A stretch of 61,423 bases of DNA, taken from assembly GCA_024137785.1 (NCBI GenBank), contig JAHRHZ010000092.1, positions 874,029 to 935,451 of the forward strand, written 5' to 3'. The position numbers were made by a program, and so were the translations under genes. The notes beneath the pieces were generated by a model that made no database searches, was not told the origin of the DNA, and worked only from the letters and a program-made list of their open reading frames with translations. Source of the stretch: Ginglymostoma cirratum (lineage: Eukaryota). This document shows positions 12,700 through 24,949 of the stretch, piece by piece. Within the stretch, counting starts at the first letter, position 1, and every line of letters begins with the position of its first letter.

Positions 12700-13071
12700 T
12701 GCACCTGACTTGCCGTGCAGAAATCGGTCACAGTTTGTCCGCTCTGGGTTCTTCGGGTGCAAGGTGAGTTCACTGCTTGCAGCATGGAGCTGGACGGCAA
12801 ATCTCTTTCAGAAATCCGGCCCACAGCCACAATAACCATCTATCGCACTTACCCCCCGACCCCGTTACCGTTTGAGATTGCCATCGCCTTTCTCAAGAGC
12901 TGAGAGACAACATTTCTTAGCGGCAAGGGGGCACCAGTGAAATCCCTCCCCGTCAGTATAAATGGTACTAGCTGTGAATATTTGAACTTTAAAATATTCA
13001 ATCAAGTGGTTAAATCACGCAAGTCGGCAAATTGAACATTTCAGCTGATGGCATTTCTTATTTGTATACAT
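12700..13071 (-). pseudogene. Highly degraded V relic
   Basis: Minus strand ...GPDF*KRFAVQLHAASSELTLHPKNPERTN/fs/VTDFCTAS resembles V FR3; CCGGAAATGA motif at 13167, ~96 bp upstream of an ATG; no intact RSS. Confidence 0.4.
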
Positions 13072-14488
13072 GTCTGCGTTTTGCACACTGATTTCTCTCG
13101 TCCCTTCCGTCATTTAATCTCTTCCTTTCTCCTCCACGCCATCCACTATAGTCCCACTTTCGTAAACCGGAAATGAATGCTGCATGTAAAAATATTCTGG
13201 TAGGGATTGAGTATGGGTGGTACAACATTGCCCCCTGCCGCTGCAGTGTGAGGCTGAAGAAACAGGGCAGCAATCTGTCAGACGATAGGCTCAGAGTAAG
13301 CCTACTGGCATGGCATGCCAACATGTTAGGTGGATGTATTTGCATCAATCTTCAGCAATTTTGGTACAACGAATAGCTAATGTAATTTAACATTTTCCAT
13401 CTGCACAGCCGCTCTGTGACACCCACCAGTTCCTAGACTTTACCGAGATCTCCAATTGTTACCTTTTGACCATTGCCCTCATAGCCATATTCCACCACTG
13501 GTGGCCATACCTTTACAACTGGGACTCTAAATTCCAGGATTTCCCTTAACCATAATTAATCTCTCCTTTGTTTTAACGTGTTTCTTAAATCCTACCTCTT
13601 AGTCCATCTTTGCCTTTACTTCTCCTAATATCTTCTCAACTGACCAAATAAGAATGACGCATTTCATATCTAAGAGATGCTTTTACTCGTTGACACCATT
13701 TGATAAGAGTCTCCATTAACAGTGGAATCTCGATGGCGTACAGCTGCGAAGAATGAGGATAAGATCGAATGGAGCACAGCACTGTCCAAAGGTTGATACT
13801 GACGGAGCGCTGCGCACTGAGGGGTCGGCTCTGACGATGTGCGGCAAGACTGAGGTCAGTCCTGAGGCTTGTTGCAATGTGGGAGAGTCAGAACTGAAAG
13901 ACTGCAGCTCCGTCAGACGGTTAATACTAAGGGAAAGCTGCACTGTCGTAAAGACTGACCAGAGGGAGTGTTGCTCTGCTAGGAGTGACAACCACCAATG
14001 CAAAATTAGAGATACAAAAAGTCGTTATTTGTCTGAATCTTGCTCTATGGGTCTTTCTGTGTCCTCTTACTTTTTATACATTGGACAAATCACTGGAGCG
14101 TTAAGACGGCAAAGGGTTGAATTTATAGAGAGAACTGAGTCTTTCGTCAGAAGCTGAATCTGAAAGGTTAAGTATCTCCACAGGCACTTCTAGATTTGGT
14201 GAGCATTCACATTATTTGAGATAACAAGATGTAGAGCTGGATGAACACAGCAGGCCAAGCAGCATCAGAGGAGCAGGAAGGCTGACGTTTCGGGCCTAGA
14301 CTCTTCTTAAGAAAAAATGCAGTTCCTACTATCTCTCATTCACATTATTTGCTATTTTTATTTCAGGCGACCAGTATCGGAAGCATTGGCTTTTCTTTTA
14401 TATTATTGGTTGGGTCGTGTTGAGGCTTCGAGAAGCCACCATTGAAGTTTAACATCTTTGTCCCTTCCTTCAGGTTCGGATGCCGCAG

Positions 14489-14527
14489 GGTTTTTGACGG
14501 GACGTTGCCACAGACTGCACTGGTGTG
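14489..14527 (-). other. 23-RSS with non-consensus heptamer (CACACCA-23bp-TCAAAAACC)
   Basis: + strand GGTTTTTGA 14489-14497, spacer 14498-14520, TGGTGTG 14521-14527. Confidence 0.85.
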
Positions 14528-15696
14528 TATCACTAGTCGCACAGAAATAAATCGCCGAATCTGCAGGTGCGGCTTTGAGGAGTTTCAAAGCAGAGTTTCT
14601 ATCGCCATCTCCAGTGATGGCAAAACGGGTCTGATCCTTCTCCTCGTATCGGATCGTTCCTCCGTACTGAATGTAGCCGATCAACGTGAGGCCTCGGCCA
14701 GCTGACTGGCGATACCAGAGCATGGATTGAGGAGAGCTTTCACGCTCATTGCAGTTAATTGTCGTCACGTTGTCCCTTGCTATCACCAGTCTTGGGGGAC
14801 TCTGCACAGGCTGCAATCCTTCCGTTACATCTGAAGAAAAATCAAGAGGTTTCAGAAAATCTTATCGCATAGAATAAGAATTATTCAACGATCGGCTATT
14901 TGTAGGAAAATCTCACTGGTTAATGCTAACAGATGTGAACAATTTATCGCTCCTTCAGAAGCAATAATGCAATTAGCTTCCACTTTTATAATCACCAATT
15001 CGTACAGAGGTAGTGTCCGCACTCTGGGCTCAAAGTCCCACATGCTTCAGGTATGTGTCATATGCCCAAACAGATTCGTTTTTATATGGTTTTTTAAAAA
15101 AAATCAGAGTATTGACCAATTTTTTCAGCTTCTTACAAGACACCTATATCATTCCGGGAACCAATCTAGCTGGTTTTGTCTGTACATTTTACACTGATTG
15201 AATTGGCATGAAGACCAGCACTGCACACAGCACTTGTTGTGTCGACTCACCAAAACGTTATTTAGTTGCAGCAAGTCTTAGATACTTTTGTGTTCCGTTC
15301 CCTTACAGTAAAGACCAACACTGTTTGTTTGGCCTCCTAATTTCTTGCTGTGACCTGCACACTAAATTCCTTCTCAGAATACAGTCAAGTCCCCCTGAAC
15401 ATTAACGCTTAGACGTTTCACGCCTTTAAAGGTTGGTTGTGCGTTTCTAGTCTTAGTGCTCGAGGGAATAACCTCACACTTTCTTACATTATACTCCATC
15501 GTCCATATTGTTGCCGACTTAATGAACCTGTCTATCCTCTTTCCATCCTCAGCAAATTAATTACCTCCGGACAGTGCATCCTCAGCAAAATTGGGTACAT
15601 TGCTTGCAGTCGCTTCAACTTAGCCATATAATAGCACGGACGATACTTACATGTCAGGCAAAGTAAAAAAGTACAAAACTTGCAAACTGCGTCCAT
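14528..15696 (-). CDS. TRBV: TCR beta variable segment, apparently intact (V1): leader 15696-15651, intron 15650-14831, V exon 14830-14528
   Basis: MDAVCKFCTFLLCLT|gtaagt (phase 1) + YVTEGLQPVQSPPRLVIARDNVTTINCNERESSPQSMLWYRQSAGRGLTLIGYIQYGGTIRYEEKDQTRFAITGDGDRNSALKLLKAAPADSAIYFCATSD; Cys/Trp/YFC intact; 23-RSS follows. Confidence 0.9.
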
Positions 15697-15795
15697 ATTT
15701 GGATGGAAAATGCCAAAACTGATTTTCCAATAAATGTACCTTCCCGTTCAGTGATTCGAACGTTACTGAACTGAAGTGTTGGTGCGCAGGTGGCT

Positions 15796-15808
15796 CCGGA
15801 AATGACGT
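15796..15808. promoter_or_regulatory. ETS-CRE composite motif upstream of V1
   Basis: CCGGAAATGACGT 100 bp upstream of ATG; related motifs at similar distance in other V genes. Confidence 0.6.
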
Positions 15809-16099
15809 GTACGTATTACACATGCGTATTTGCACGAAAGGGGCTGGTGTAAGTTCGTGCATTGGTTTGTGTGTACTTTGCTGGATTTTTAAAGCGTGTG
15901 GAAAACGATCTGGGGTTTGGTTTCACGTTGCATTGCATGACATCAACAACCAATCTTCTATAATAGTCTATAGCGAACTTAACTGAGTTCAGTTTCGTTC
16001 TGAGGAAGGGTCACCGGACCCGAAAAGTTAACTGTTTTCTCCTCCACAGATGCTGTCAGATCTGCTGAGCTTTTCCAGCAACTTTGTTTTTGTAACTGA

Positions 16100-16670
16100 A
16101 TTCAACGTGCTGGTGAGGTAACTGTGCCAGCGAACTACAGCGTTCGCCATCACGTACATCACATGGTTTTGTCGAGGTTTGTCCTGAGCTGCTCCCTGAC
16201 ACCAGACTCTGTGGTCTACAGTCTGTTCCCCGGGATGCACACGGAATCGAACATCAGCTATGACTGGAGGACCATCAACTCTGTGAAAGATGCACTTTGG
16301 TCAGCCGAAACTTGTTTGTCTTCCAAAACAAAGAGTTCACCTCCTCAGAGTGTTGCAGATTGACACGTTCCAAGGTCCAGAACTATGTGCTGAGCGACCC
16401 ACTAAAGCTTGTGGCAGCTACCGCGAAGGCGTAGAGAGGAAAAACCGTTGTCTGAGGTCTTCCTGCTGAAGTTAAATGAACGTGTGTGTTCACACCTCCC
16501 GGTGTGTCAAATGCATGGAAGTATAGTCTGGTTCAAGTAAAAGATGGTTTTAGTTTATTAGATAGAATCAAAGCCCAATGTTTGATATGCTATTGTGCAG
16601 AACTGAACTGTGTTTGTGACTATATACAAGGATTGTTTTATGAATAAAGTATAGATTTAGATTAAAAAGA
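16100..16670 (+). mobile_element. L1-Tx1-like LINE 3' end
   Basis: WRTINSVKDALWSA motif; tttatgaataaagtata polyA-type end. Confidence 0.6.
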
Positions 16671-17380
16671 TGTCCCTCCCCAGCCTCAAAGTCAGAGGGT
16701 TGTGGTTAAAGTGTCACCGCAGATGTTGAAGCCCAAAGGCTGACAGAGGTGCAATTCGGAGCCTCTGGCTAATGTCTCCCCAGGCAACAATGTCAGCAGC
16801 TTGTACTTTTCTCCCTCTCGCCGACTCTTTGCAACCTTTGACTAATGTCTTCTTCATTCTCTGTCCCTTTTCTGTGGACCAGTCCTAGGATTGTCAGTGT
16901 TCCCCAATGGGTGTGTCATGTCTACAGTGTAATATCATTATGATACATATAAAAACATAAATATAAAAATGTATATATAACGGGCATATATTCGATTTGA
17001 TTTTGATTTTATTGTCACGTGTACCAAAATACAGTGAAAAGCTTGGTTTACAAACTGTACAGGCAGATCACAGCAAGCAAAGCATGTACAGATCAAAAAG
17101 ACTTAGAGGCACACAGGTTATGTTGCAGGTTACACTATTTAAGGCTAGGGTCCCTTCAACAATCTGATACAGCTGGAAAGAAGCTGTTCCTGAACCTGCC
17201 TGTGCGTGTGTTCAGGCTTCAGTATCTTCCGCCTGACAGAAGAGGTCATTACCAGGGTGATGGGTCTTTGATGATGTTGGCCGCCTTTCCCTGGCAGTGA
17301 GCCTTGTAAATCAAGTCCATGGATGGAAGGATGGCTTCTGTGATGGTCTGGGCTGTACACATCACCTTCTGTAGTTCAAG

Positions 17381-19468
17381 AGAGATAATAGGTATTGCAG
17401 ATGCTGGAGAATCCGAGATAACAAGGTGTGGAGCTGGATGAACACAGCAGGCCAAGCAGCATCTTAGGAGCAGGAATGCTTGACGTTTCGGGCCTAGACC
17501 CTTCATCAGAAATGGGGGAGGGGAAGAGGGTTCTGAAATAAATAGGGAGAGAGGGGAAGGTGGATAGAAGATGGATAGAGGAGAGGATAGGTGGAGAGGA
17601 GGCAGACAAGTCAAAGAGGCAGGGATGGAGCCAGTAAAGGTGAGTGTAGGTGGGGAGGTAGGGAGGCGACAGGTCAGTCCAGGGAGGACGGACAGGTCAA
17701 GGGGGCGGGATGAGGTTAGTAGATAGGAGATGGGGGTGTGGCTTGAGGTGGGAGGAGGGGTAGGTGAGAGGAAGAACAGGTTAGGGAGGCGGGGATGAGC
17801 TGGGCTGGTTTTGGGATGTGGTTGGGGGAGGGGAGATTTTGAAGCTTGTGAAATCCACATTGATACCATTAGGCTGCAGGGTTCCCAGGCTGAATATGAT
17901 TTGCTACATCTGATATGTAACCTACAAAGTACGGAAGAGGGATTGTTCCACGTAACCTACAAAGTACGGAAGAGGGAGGTTACGTGGAACCACCTCTTCC
18001 TCCTCATTGATGACTGTATCGGCGCCACCTCATGCTCCCACGAGGAGCTCGAACAGTTCATCCACTTCACCAACACCTTCCACCCCAACCTGAAGTTCAC
18101 CTGGACTATCTCTAATACCTCTCTTCCTTCCTGGACCTCTCTGTCTCCATCTTGGGTAACCACCTAGAAACCGATATCCATTTCAAGCCCACTGACTCCC
18201 ACAGCTACCTAGAATACACCTCCTCCCACCCACCTTCCTGCAAAAATGCCATCCCCTATTCCCAATTCCTTCGCCTCTGCCACATCTGCTCCCAGGATGA
18301 GGCATTTCACTCCCGTAGATCTCAGATGTCCTCATTCTTCAAGGACCGCAATTTTCCCCCCACAATGGTCGAGAACACCCTCAACCGTGTCTCCCGCATT
18401 TCCTGCAACTCATCCCTCACACCCCGTCACCCCAATAACAACCAAAAAAGAATCCCCCTCGTCCTCATGTACCACCCCACCAACCTCCAGATCCAACGCA
18501 TCATCCTCCGACACTTCCGCCATCTTCAATCTGACCCCACCACCAAAGACATTTTTCCCTCCCCACCCTTGTCTGTTTTCCGGAGGGACCACTCTCTCCA
18601 TGACTCCCTTGTCCGATCCACACTCCCCTCCAGCCCCACCACACGCGGCACTTTTCCCTGCAAATGCAGGAAGTGCTACACCTGTCCCCACACTTCCTCC
18701 CTCACCCCAATCCCAGGCCTCAAGAAGACTTTCCACATCAAGCAGATGTTCACCTGCACATCTGCCAATGTGGTATACTGCATCCGCTGTACCCGTTGTG
18801 GCCTCCTCTACAGCGGGGAAACCAAGCAGAGGCTTAGGGACCACTTTGCAGAACACCTGTGCTCAGTCCGCAACAAACAACTGCACCTCCCAGTCGCAAA
18901 CCATTTCAACTCCCCCTCCCATTCCTCAGACAACATGTCAATCCTAGGCGTCCTGCAATGCCACAATGATGCCACCCGAAGGCTGCAAGAACAGCAAATC
19001 ATATTCAGCCTGGGAACCCTGCAGCCCAATGGTATCAATGTGGATTTCAGAAGCTTCAAAATCTCCCCTCCCCCAACCGCATCCCAAAACCAGCCCAGCT
19101 CATCCCCGCCTCCCTAACTTGTTCTTCCTCTCACCTATCCCCTCCTCCCACCTCAAGCCACACCTCCATCTCCTATCTACTAACCTCATCCCGCCCCCTT
19201 GACCTGTCCATCCTCCCTGGACTGACCTATCTCCTCCCTAACTCCCCACCTACACTCACCTTTACTGGCTCCATCCCCGCCTCTTTGACTGCCTCCTCAC
19301 CACCTATCCTCTCCTCTGTCCATCTTCTATCCGCCTCCCCCTCTCTCCCTATTTATTTCAGAACCCTCTTCCCCTCCCCCATTTCTGATGAAGGGTCCAG
19401 GCCCGAAACGTCAAGCTTTCCTGCTCCTAAGATGCTGCTTGGCCTGCTGTGTTCATCCAGCCCCACAC
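17381..19468 (+). mobile_element. Penelope-like element (RT C-terminus + GIY-YIG endonuclease) with inverted ~520-bp terminal copy
   Basis: ORF 18152-19117 with NVVYCIRCTRCGLLYSGETKQRLRDHFAEH; 17381-17903 is reverse complement of ~19000-19468. Confidence 0.9.
19385..19412 (+). ncRNA. Minimal hammerhead ribozyme core in PLE terminus (copies at 17482-17509 -, 53378-53405 -, 55700-55727 +, others)
   Basis: CTGATGA-AGGGTCCAGGCCC-GAAACGTC: CUGANGA and GAAA boxes, stem II, GUC cleavage triplet. Confidence 0.7.
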
Positions 19469-20449
19469 CTTCTGTAGTTTTTTATGGTTCTGGGCAGAGC
19501 AATTGCCATACCAGGTTCTTATGCACCCGGACAGTATGCCTACAATAGTGCAATTGTAGAAGTTAGTGAGGGACCTTATGGACATGCCAAATTTCCTGAG
19601 CCACCTCAGGAAGAAGAGGCATTGTTGTGACTTCTTGACTGTTGTGTTTATGTGGGAAGTCCAGGACAGGTCGTCAGTTATCGTCACTCCAAAGAATGTG
19701 ATGCTGTTCACTCTTTCAACTTCAGTTCCGCTGATGAGATGGGGACGTGTTCTCCTCTTTTCTTCTGAAGTTGATGATCAGTTCTTTAGTTTTGCCTATG
19801 TTGAAAGACAAATTGTTTTCATTGCACCATTCACCAAGCTCTCTATCTCCTTTCTGTATTTTGACTGGATGTTGTTACATATCCGTCTCACTATGGTGGT
19901 GTTGTCAGCAAATTGTGCATTCAGAATTGCAACACAGTCCTCGTTGTACGAGGAGTACAGTTGGGAGCTGATGACACATTGTTGGTTGGCTCCGGTGTTG
20001 ACTGTCATTGTGGAAGAGGGGTAGTTATCTATCCTCACTGATTGCGGCCAATGGGTCAGAGAGCTGAGGATCCAGTTGCAGAGGGCAGAGCTGAGGCCAA
20101 GGTCTTACAGTTTTAAGATCAATCTGGAGGGTATAATGGTGTTGAAGGTGGAGCTGCAGTCAACGAGCATGAGTCTGATGTAAGTGTCTCTGTTGTCCAG
20201 ATGTTCCAGGAATGAGTGCAGGGCTAGGGTAAGGCATCCTCTGTGGACCTGTTATGTCAGTAGGCAAACTGTAGGGGATCAAGGCAGGTTGAGAGATTGG
20301 AGTTGATGTGGGCCATGACCAGCCTGTTGAAGCATTTCATGATTATTGAAGTCAGAGCTATTGGGCGGTAGTCACTAAGGCATACTGCATGCATTTTCTT
20401 CCATACGGAGATGATTTGGGAAAAAAGTGTATATAAAAATCATATTAAT

Positions 20450-22080
20450 TCACGCAGTGTTTTCATAATGTTCCTTCTCTTTCATTATGGCCTCAACCTC
20501 AAATCTTGGTACAATTCCATTTATCCAAACTCTAAGCTGGCATGTATTAAATATGACAATTATTAATGTACATGGAATCACTACTATAGCAACATGTGAC
20601 AGAATTCTGACCCATAGATGTATTTGAACATTGGTTCCCCAATTCCAGAACCAATCCCAGAACCCAGTGTTCTGCAACAACTCCTTTGCTTTTTCAGCAT
20701 GAGTTCTAGTTATTATAGGGTGTTTGATCCATTGACGAATTATTTCTTTTGCCTCTCTCACTATACTCATCCAATCTGCTGTCAGGTGCGGGATGGGTGA
20801 TAGTTCAGTAGGAACAAACTTCCAAACGTCTTGATCTGTATTGGTACATTAGATTGTGAGGTTTTCTCTTATCACCACCCTGGTTATTGACTGGGGTGAC
20901 ACTTGGTCACCAATCGTTAAATCAGAGGTCACATTATTAACAGTTACATTGTGTCCTTCCAGAGGGCATTGTGACTGTATTTCGGTATAGTTCATATCAG
21001 CTGTGGCTATGTTATACGTTTCCCCCACGAGGCCATATTGTCGAAAAGACTGGTTGTTAATCGGCAGAATGGGTAATGAACACTTTTCACAGGTACTGAA
21101 ACCACAATCTGCAAGTCTCTGTCGCTTTATCTCATCAAGACCGGCCCAGTGATCCCTTCCTTGGTGACATTTTGACAAATCTACCCCTTCGTCAGCACCA
21201 TTCATCACAATAGCATGAGATGATTGGTTATTTAAAGATATTCAAGTACCTTCATGGTACTTTCCCAGTTATGAACACATTTCAAAGGGGAGGTCAGATT
21301 ATTTCTATATTGGGGAATATGAAACACTGCCCCAAAATAATATTTCCCCTTTATCATTGTCACAAGTACCCAACACCCTATTAGTTAAGGTCAAATTTCT
21401 GACGTGACATAGGGGTTCCTTTTCTCCAACCCACTTTATTAATTGTTCATCTAACACCCAGTTTTGGACTTGGTGAGCTTGCAGTTGTAACAAATTAGTA
21501 CTGATTATAGTCAACACCCAGTGAGTGTATATGCCACACAACTCGGCCTTATGGGCCTCCTCAGAGGTGTTGGGCATACAATTAATTTAATCATTGATTG
21601 TATCCTGTAAAGGGTTTAGAAATGTAATTGTGTCCAGGGTCACTTTTGACGCATCCTGGCCCAACTGGTTGATTCTTATCTGGTCTAAGTAACTGTCCCC
21701 CATAACGACTTGCGTTTTCTGCTGGAGGGATTGTATCTGACTTTCTAATTCAGGTATGTCCAAGGTGTTGATGGTTACCACTCCTGATGCAATTCCTGTC
21801 CCTGCCAACACCAATATTCCTCTTTACTTTCCATTCTTGTTGGACTTAAGCTCACTTCTGCTCAATTGTTCATGAAGGAGGTGGACAAGTAATTGTTTCG
21901 TGATGGACAGGCACCATTCTGAAGTGATCATGTCAATTGAATTAAAGACTACCTGGAGATGCTAATAACCTGGTACCAAACTGACAGATTCTCCTGTTTC
22001 CTCTAGCACCAGACCAACACCTTCTGTCCTGTACTGAGATTCACAACATCTGGTATGGTTTTATTCACTAGGGAACGTAA
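20450..22080 (-). pseudogene. env: ERV env (fragmented fusion glycoprotein)
   Basis: K*R|GILVLAGTGIASGVVTINTLDIPELESQIQSLQQK (cleavage site, fusion peptide, heptad); Cys-rich middle; WDWFWNW membrane-proximal region then TM ILSHVAIVVIPCTLIIVIF. Confidence 0.75.
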
Positions 22081-23199
22081 GCTTCTTATAGATCCTGAAA
22101 ATTATGAAAGGCCCCAGACCCAAACAAAAACCCCTGTCTGCATCTCTCAATGCCTTTTTCTCTCTTGTAACATACAAGTGTAATATCTGTTCTTATTTAC
22201 AGTTTCTTTCTTATCACTACTATACACCCAGGTTCTCTAATCTGAGCCAGATCGCCTGTTCCCTGTTCCCTGTTCCCAATCTGTTTCGAATGCTAACCGT
22301 CCATTTCGCCTGACCCAATTACTTCCTCTACCCTTTCTCTTGTTTTCGTCATTTTCCTTGGCTATCCTTTAAACATGATGGCCCATATCGGGTCATGTTC
22401 CAGTTATCTCTTCAGATATCTGTAACTGGTCCTGTTCTTGCTTTTTCTGATCTTGGGAACTCGAACATCTTTAGCATCGAGCATCATACGCCAGTTGTGG
22501 CGAGCTTGTTTCTCTCCTACTAACTTTAACTAATTAACGTGATACCAGCTACTCTTGCCTGGCATCATTAATACTGATATATCAGAATCCACGTCCATTA
22601 ATAACTATTCGTGATTATAATACTAACTACAGATTTCCGTGTACCTAGCCACCTTCTATTCAAACTAATTCAGAAACTCGCTACCATATCAGATTACAAC
22701 CACTTGAAGTTGCAGTTACATTCCACTTGAAAGTGCAGTCATGCATAACGTATTATGTATGCAGCTCTATTTAACAAGACCGACATTCCACTCAAAGGTG
22801 CAGTCATGCTTAACGGCTAATAAAACCGCACAGATGCCACAGGATGAAACCTCTTTGCAATCCCACCCCAAAAGTAGTGTTTTTTTTTCATATTTAAAAT
22901 CTAGCTGTGAATAGGTGCTATCCCCAACCCTTTACTCAAAGCCCCTCTCCAGCCAGTCTGGCTCCAAGTGTTATTCAAAGACAATAATTGGATTAGCCCT
23001 CTTCCTTCAAAGTAAGTACTTGCCCAAGTTTTTATTCAATATATATACAAGCAACCTTTACCCCACTAATAAAACTAACGAGCGCATGCAGTGTATGTAA
23101 GCAACCTTTAACCTACTAATAAATCTAACAGCGCTACTTGCAGAGACATGCGACCTTGAATGAATGAGGGTACGAATGAAACTGACAGCACTATTTCAA

Positions 23200-24115
23200 C
23201 AGAGATAGTAGAAACTGCCGATGCTGGAGTCTGAGATAACAAGGTGTGGAGCTGGATGAACACAGCAGGCCAGGCAGGATCAGAGGAGCAGGAAAGCTGA
23301 CGTTTCGGGTCTGGACCCTTCTTCAGAAATGGGGCAGGGGAAGGAGGCTCTGAAATAAACAGAGAGGGGGTGGCGGTGATAGAAGGTGGACAGTGGAGCA
23401 GATAGGTGGCGAGAAGACGGACAAGTCAAGGACGCAGGGATGAAGCTAGTAAAGGTAAATGTAGGTAGGGAGTTGGGATGGGTGTTGGTCAGTGAGGTGG
23501 GAGGAGCAGATAGGCGGGAGAGAAGACGGAAAGGTCAAGGAGGCGGGGGACAAGAGGGGGTCTGGTCTTGGGATGACCTTGGGGGTGGGGAGATTTTTAA
23601 GCTCATAAAGTCCACATTGAGACCATTGGGTTGTAAGGTTCCAAGGCGGAATATGAGGTACTATTCCTCCAGTTTTCGGGCGGCATCGTTGTGACACTGG
23701 AGGCGGCCCAGGATGGACATGTCGTCCAGGGAATGGGAGGGGGAGTTGAAGTGGTTCGCGACTGGGAGGTGTGGTTGTTTGTCGTGAACCAAGCGTAGGT
23801 GCTCCACAAAGCAGCGTCCGACCCTCCGCTTGGTCTCCCCTATGTGGGGAAAGCCACATCGGGAACAGCGGACACAATAGACCATATTAGCGGATGTGCA
23901 GGTGAACATCTGTTTAATGTGGAAGGTTTTCTTGAGGCCTGGGATAGAGGTGAGGAGGGAGGTGTACGGGCAGGTGTAGCACCTCCTGCAGTTGCAGGGG
24001 GTGGTGGGGCTAGTGGGGAGTGTGGAGTGGACAAGGGAGTCGCGGAGAGAGCGGTCCCTATGGAAGGCAGATAAGGGTGGGGAGGGAAATATATCCTTCG
24101 TAGTGGGGTTAGCTT
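23200..24115 (-). mobile_element. 5'-truncated Penelope-like element (GIY-YIG) inside the ERV
   Basis: NMVYCVRCSRCGFPHIGETKRRVGRCFVEH; hammerhead-containing terminus at ~23298-23328. Confidence 0.85.
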
Positions 24116-24949
24116 GCAACAGATGTGACTGCGAAACTGAATGAATGAATAGTATATAGAACACAGAGATAGATGCATCCGTGAAACTAACTAATTAGGG
24201 GAAAGTAATTAAAAGCCAAAGACAGCCAAAATTGATAGGAACCCAAATTTTCTTTAAAACACAAGATACATTTTTCCAATATTCTAACTTTTAAATTCTA
24301 ACTTGAAAATAACAAGACTAACACTTCTTGAATTATGCAAGGACAAACCAGATAGACATCTAATCTCATCAAAATAATCATTAACACTCAGCAATAATCG
24401 CGAACATTTAGCAAGTGTTTAAACCATCTCCAATTTCCTGCAAAACAGTTTTTGTACAATAGCTACTACTTAACACTCAAGTGTTAGAATGTTAATGTAC
24501 GCTTAAATTCTGTATGAAAGAGGCTACTTTTGAGCTATGGTTTTGGGGTTCTATTTTGCCTTACATCATGCTGCTATGAATGTACAATAAAGAGGCTATT
24601 TACGCCACTCACTGATCCTGGTCATCTGGATCTATGAACGCGATTTCTCAATGCCTAGTATGCAGATGGGCTAACCCTATCTACTATCTCATAGGGACCA
24701 GAGAACTTTGAACAAAAAAATGAGGTGGGATAGTGTATTCTTATCATTACAATTTGTCCAGGACTCCATTCTATCAGGCTGGTTTTTGTGTTGATACAGG
24801 CCTTACTTTGCTGCTTCTTCATCCCTTGTTGGTGGGCTAATTTGCTTATGTAATTGCTAAATGTAATTTGCTTCCTTTACTGATTCTACCAACCATTGTA
24901 TCCATTTTTCCAATATGATATTGTCTACCTTGGGTTCAGACAAGTCCAA

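Larger units (their letters stand above)
16993..20415 (-). mobile_element. Rex1/RTE-like LINE 3' portion, split by a Penelope element
   Basis: RT-like FADNTTIV and FFGVTITDDLSWTSHINTTVKKSQQCLFFLRWLRKFG; short tandem tail at 16993-17010; caccttctgtagtt duplicated at 17363 and 19466. Confidence 0.7.

Noticed and set aside
14912-14970. GTGAG donor near V1 (and paralog ORF MMKARLVK at 10100-10148) as leader exon
   Set aside because: No ATG in V1 and not signal-peptide-like; canonical leader found at 15696-15651
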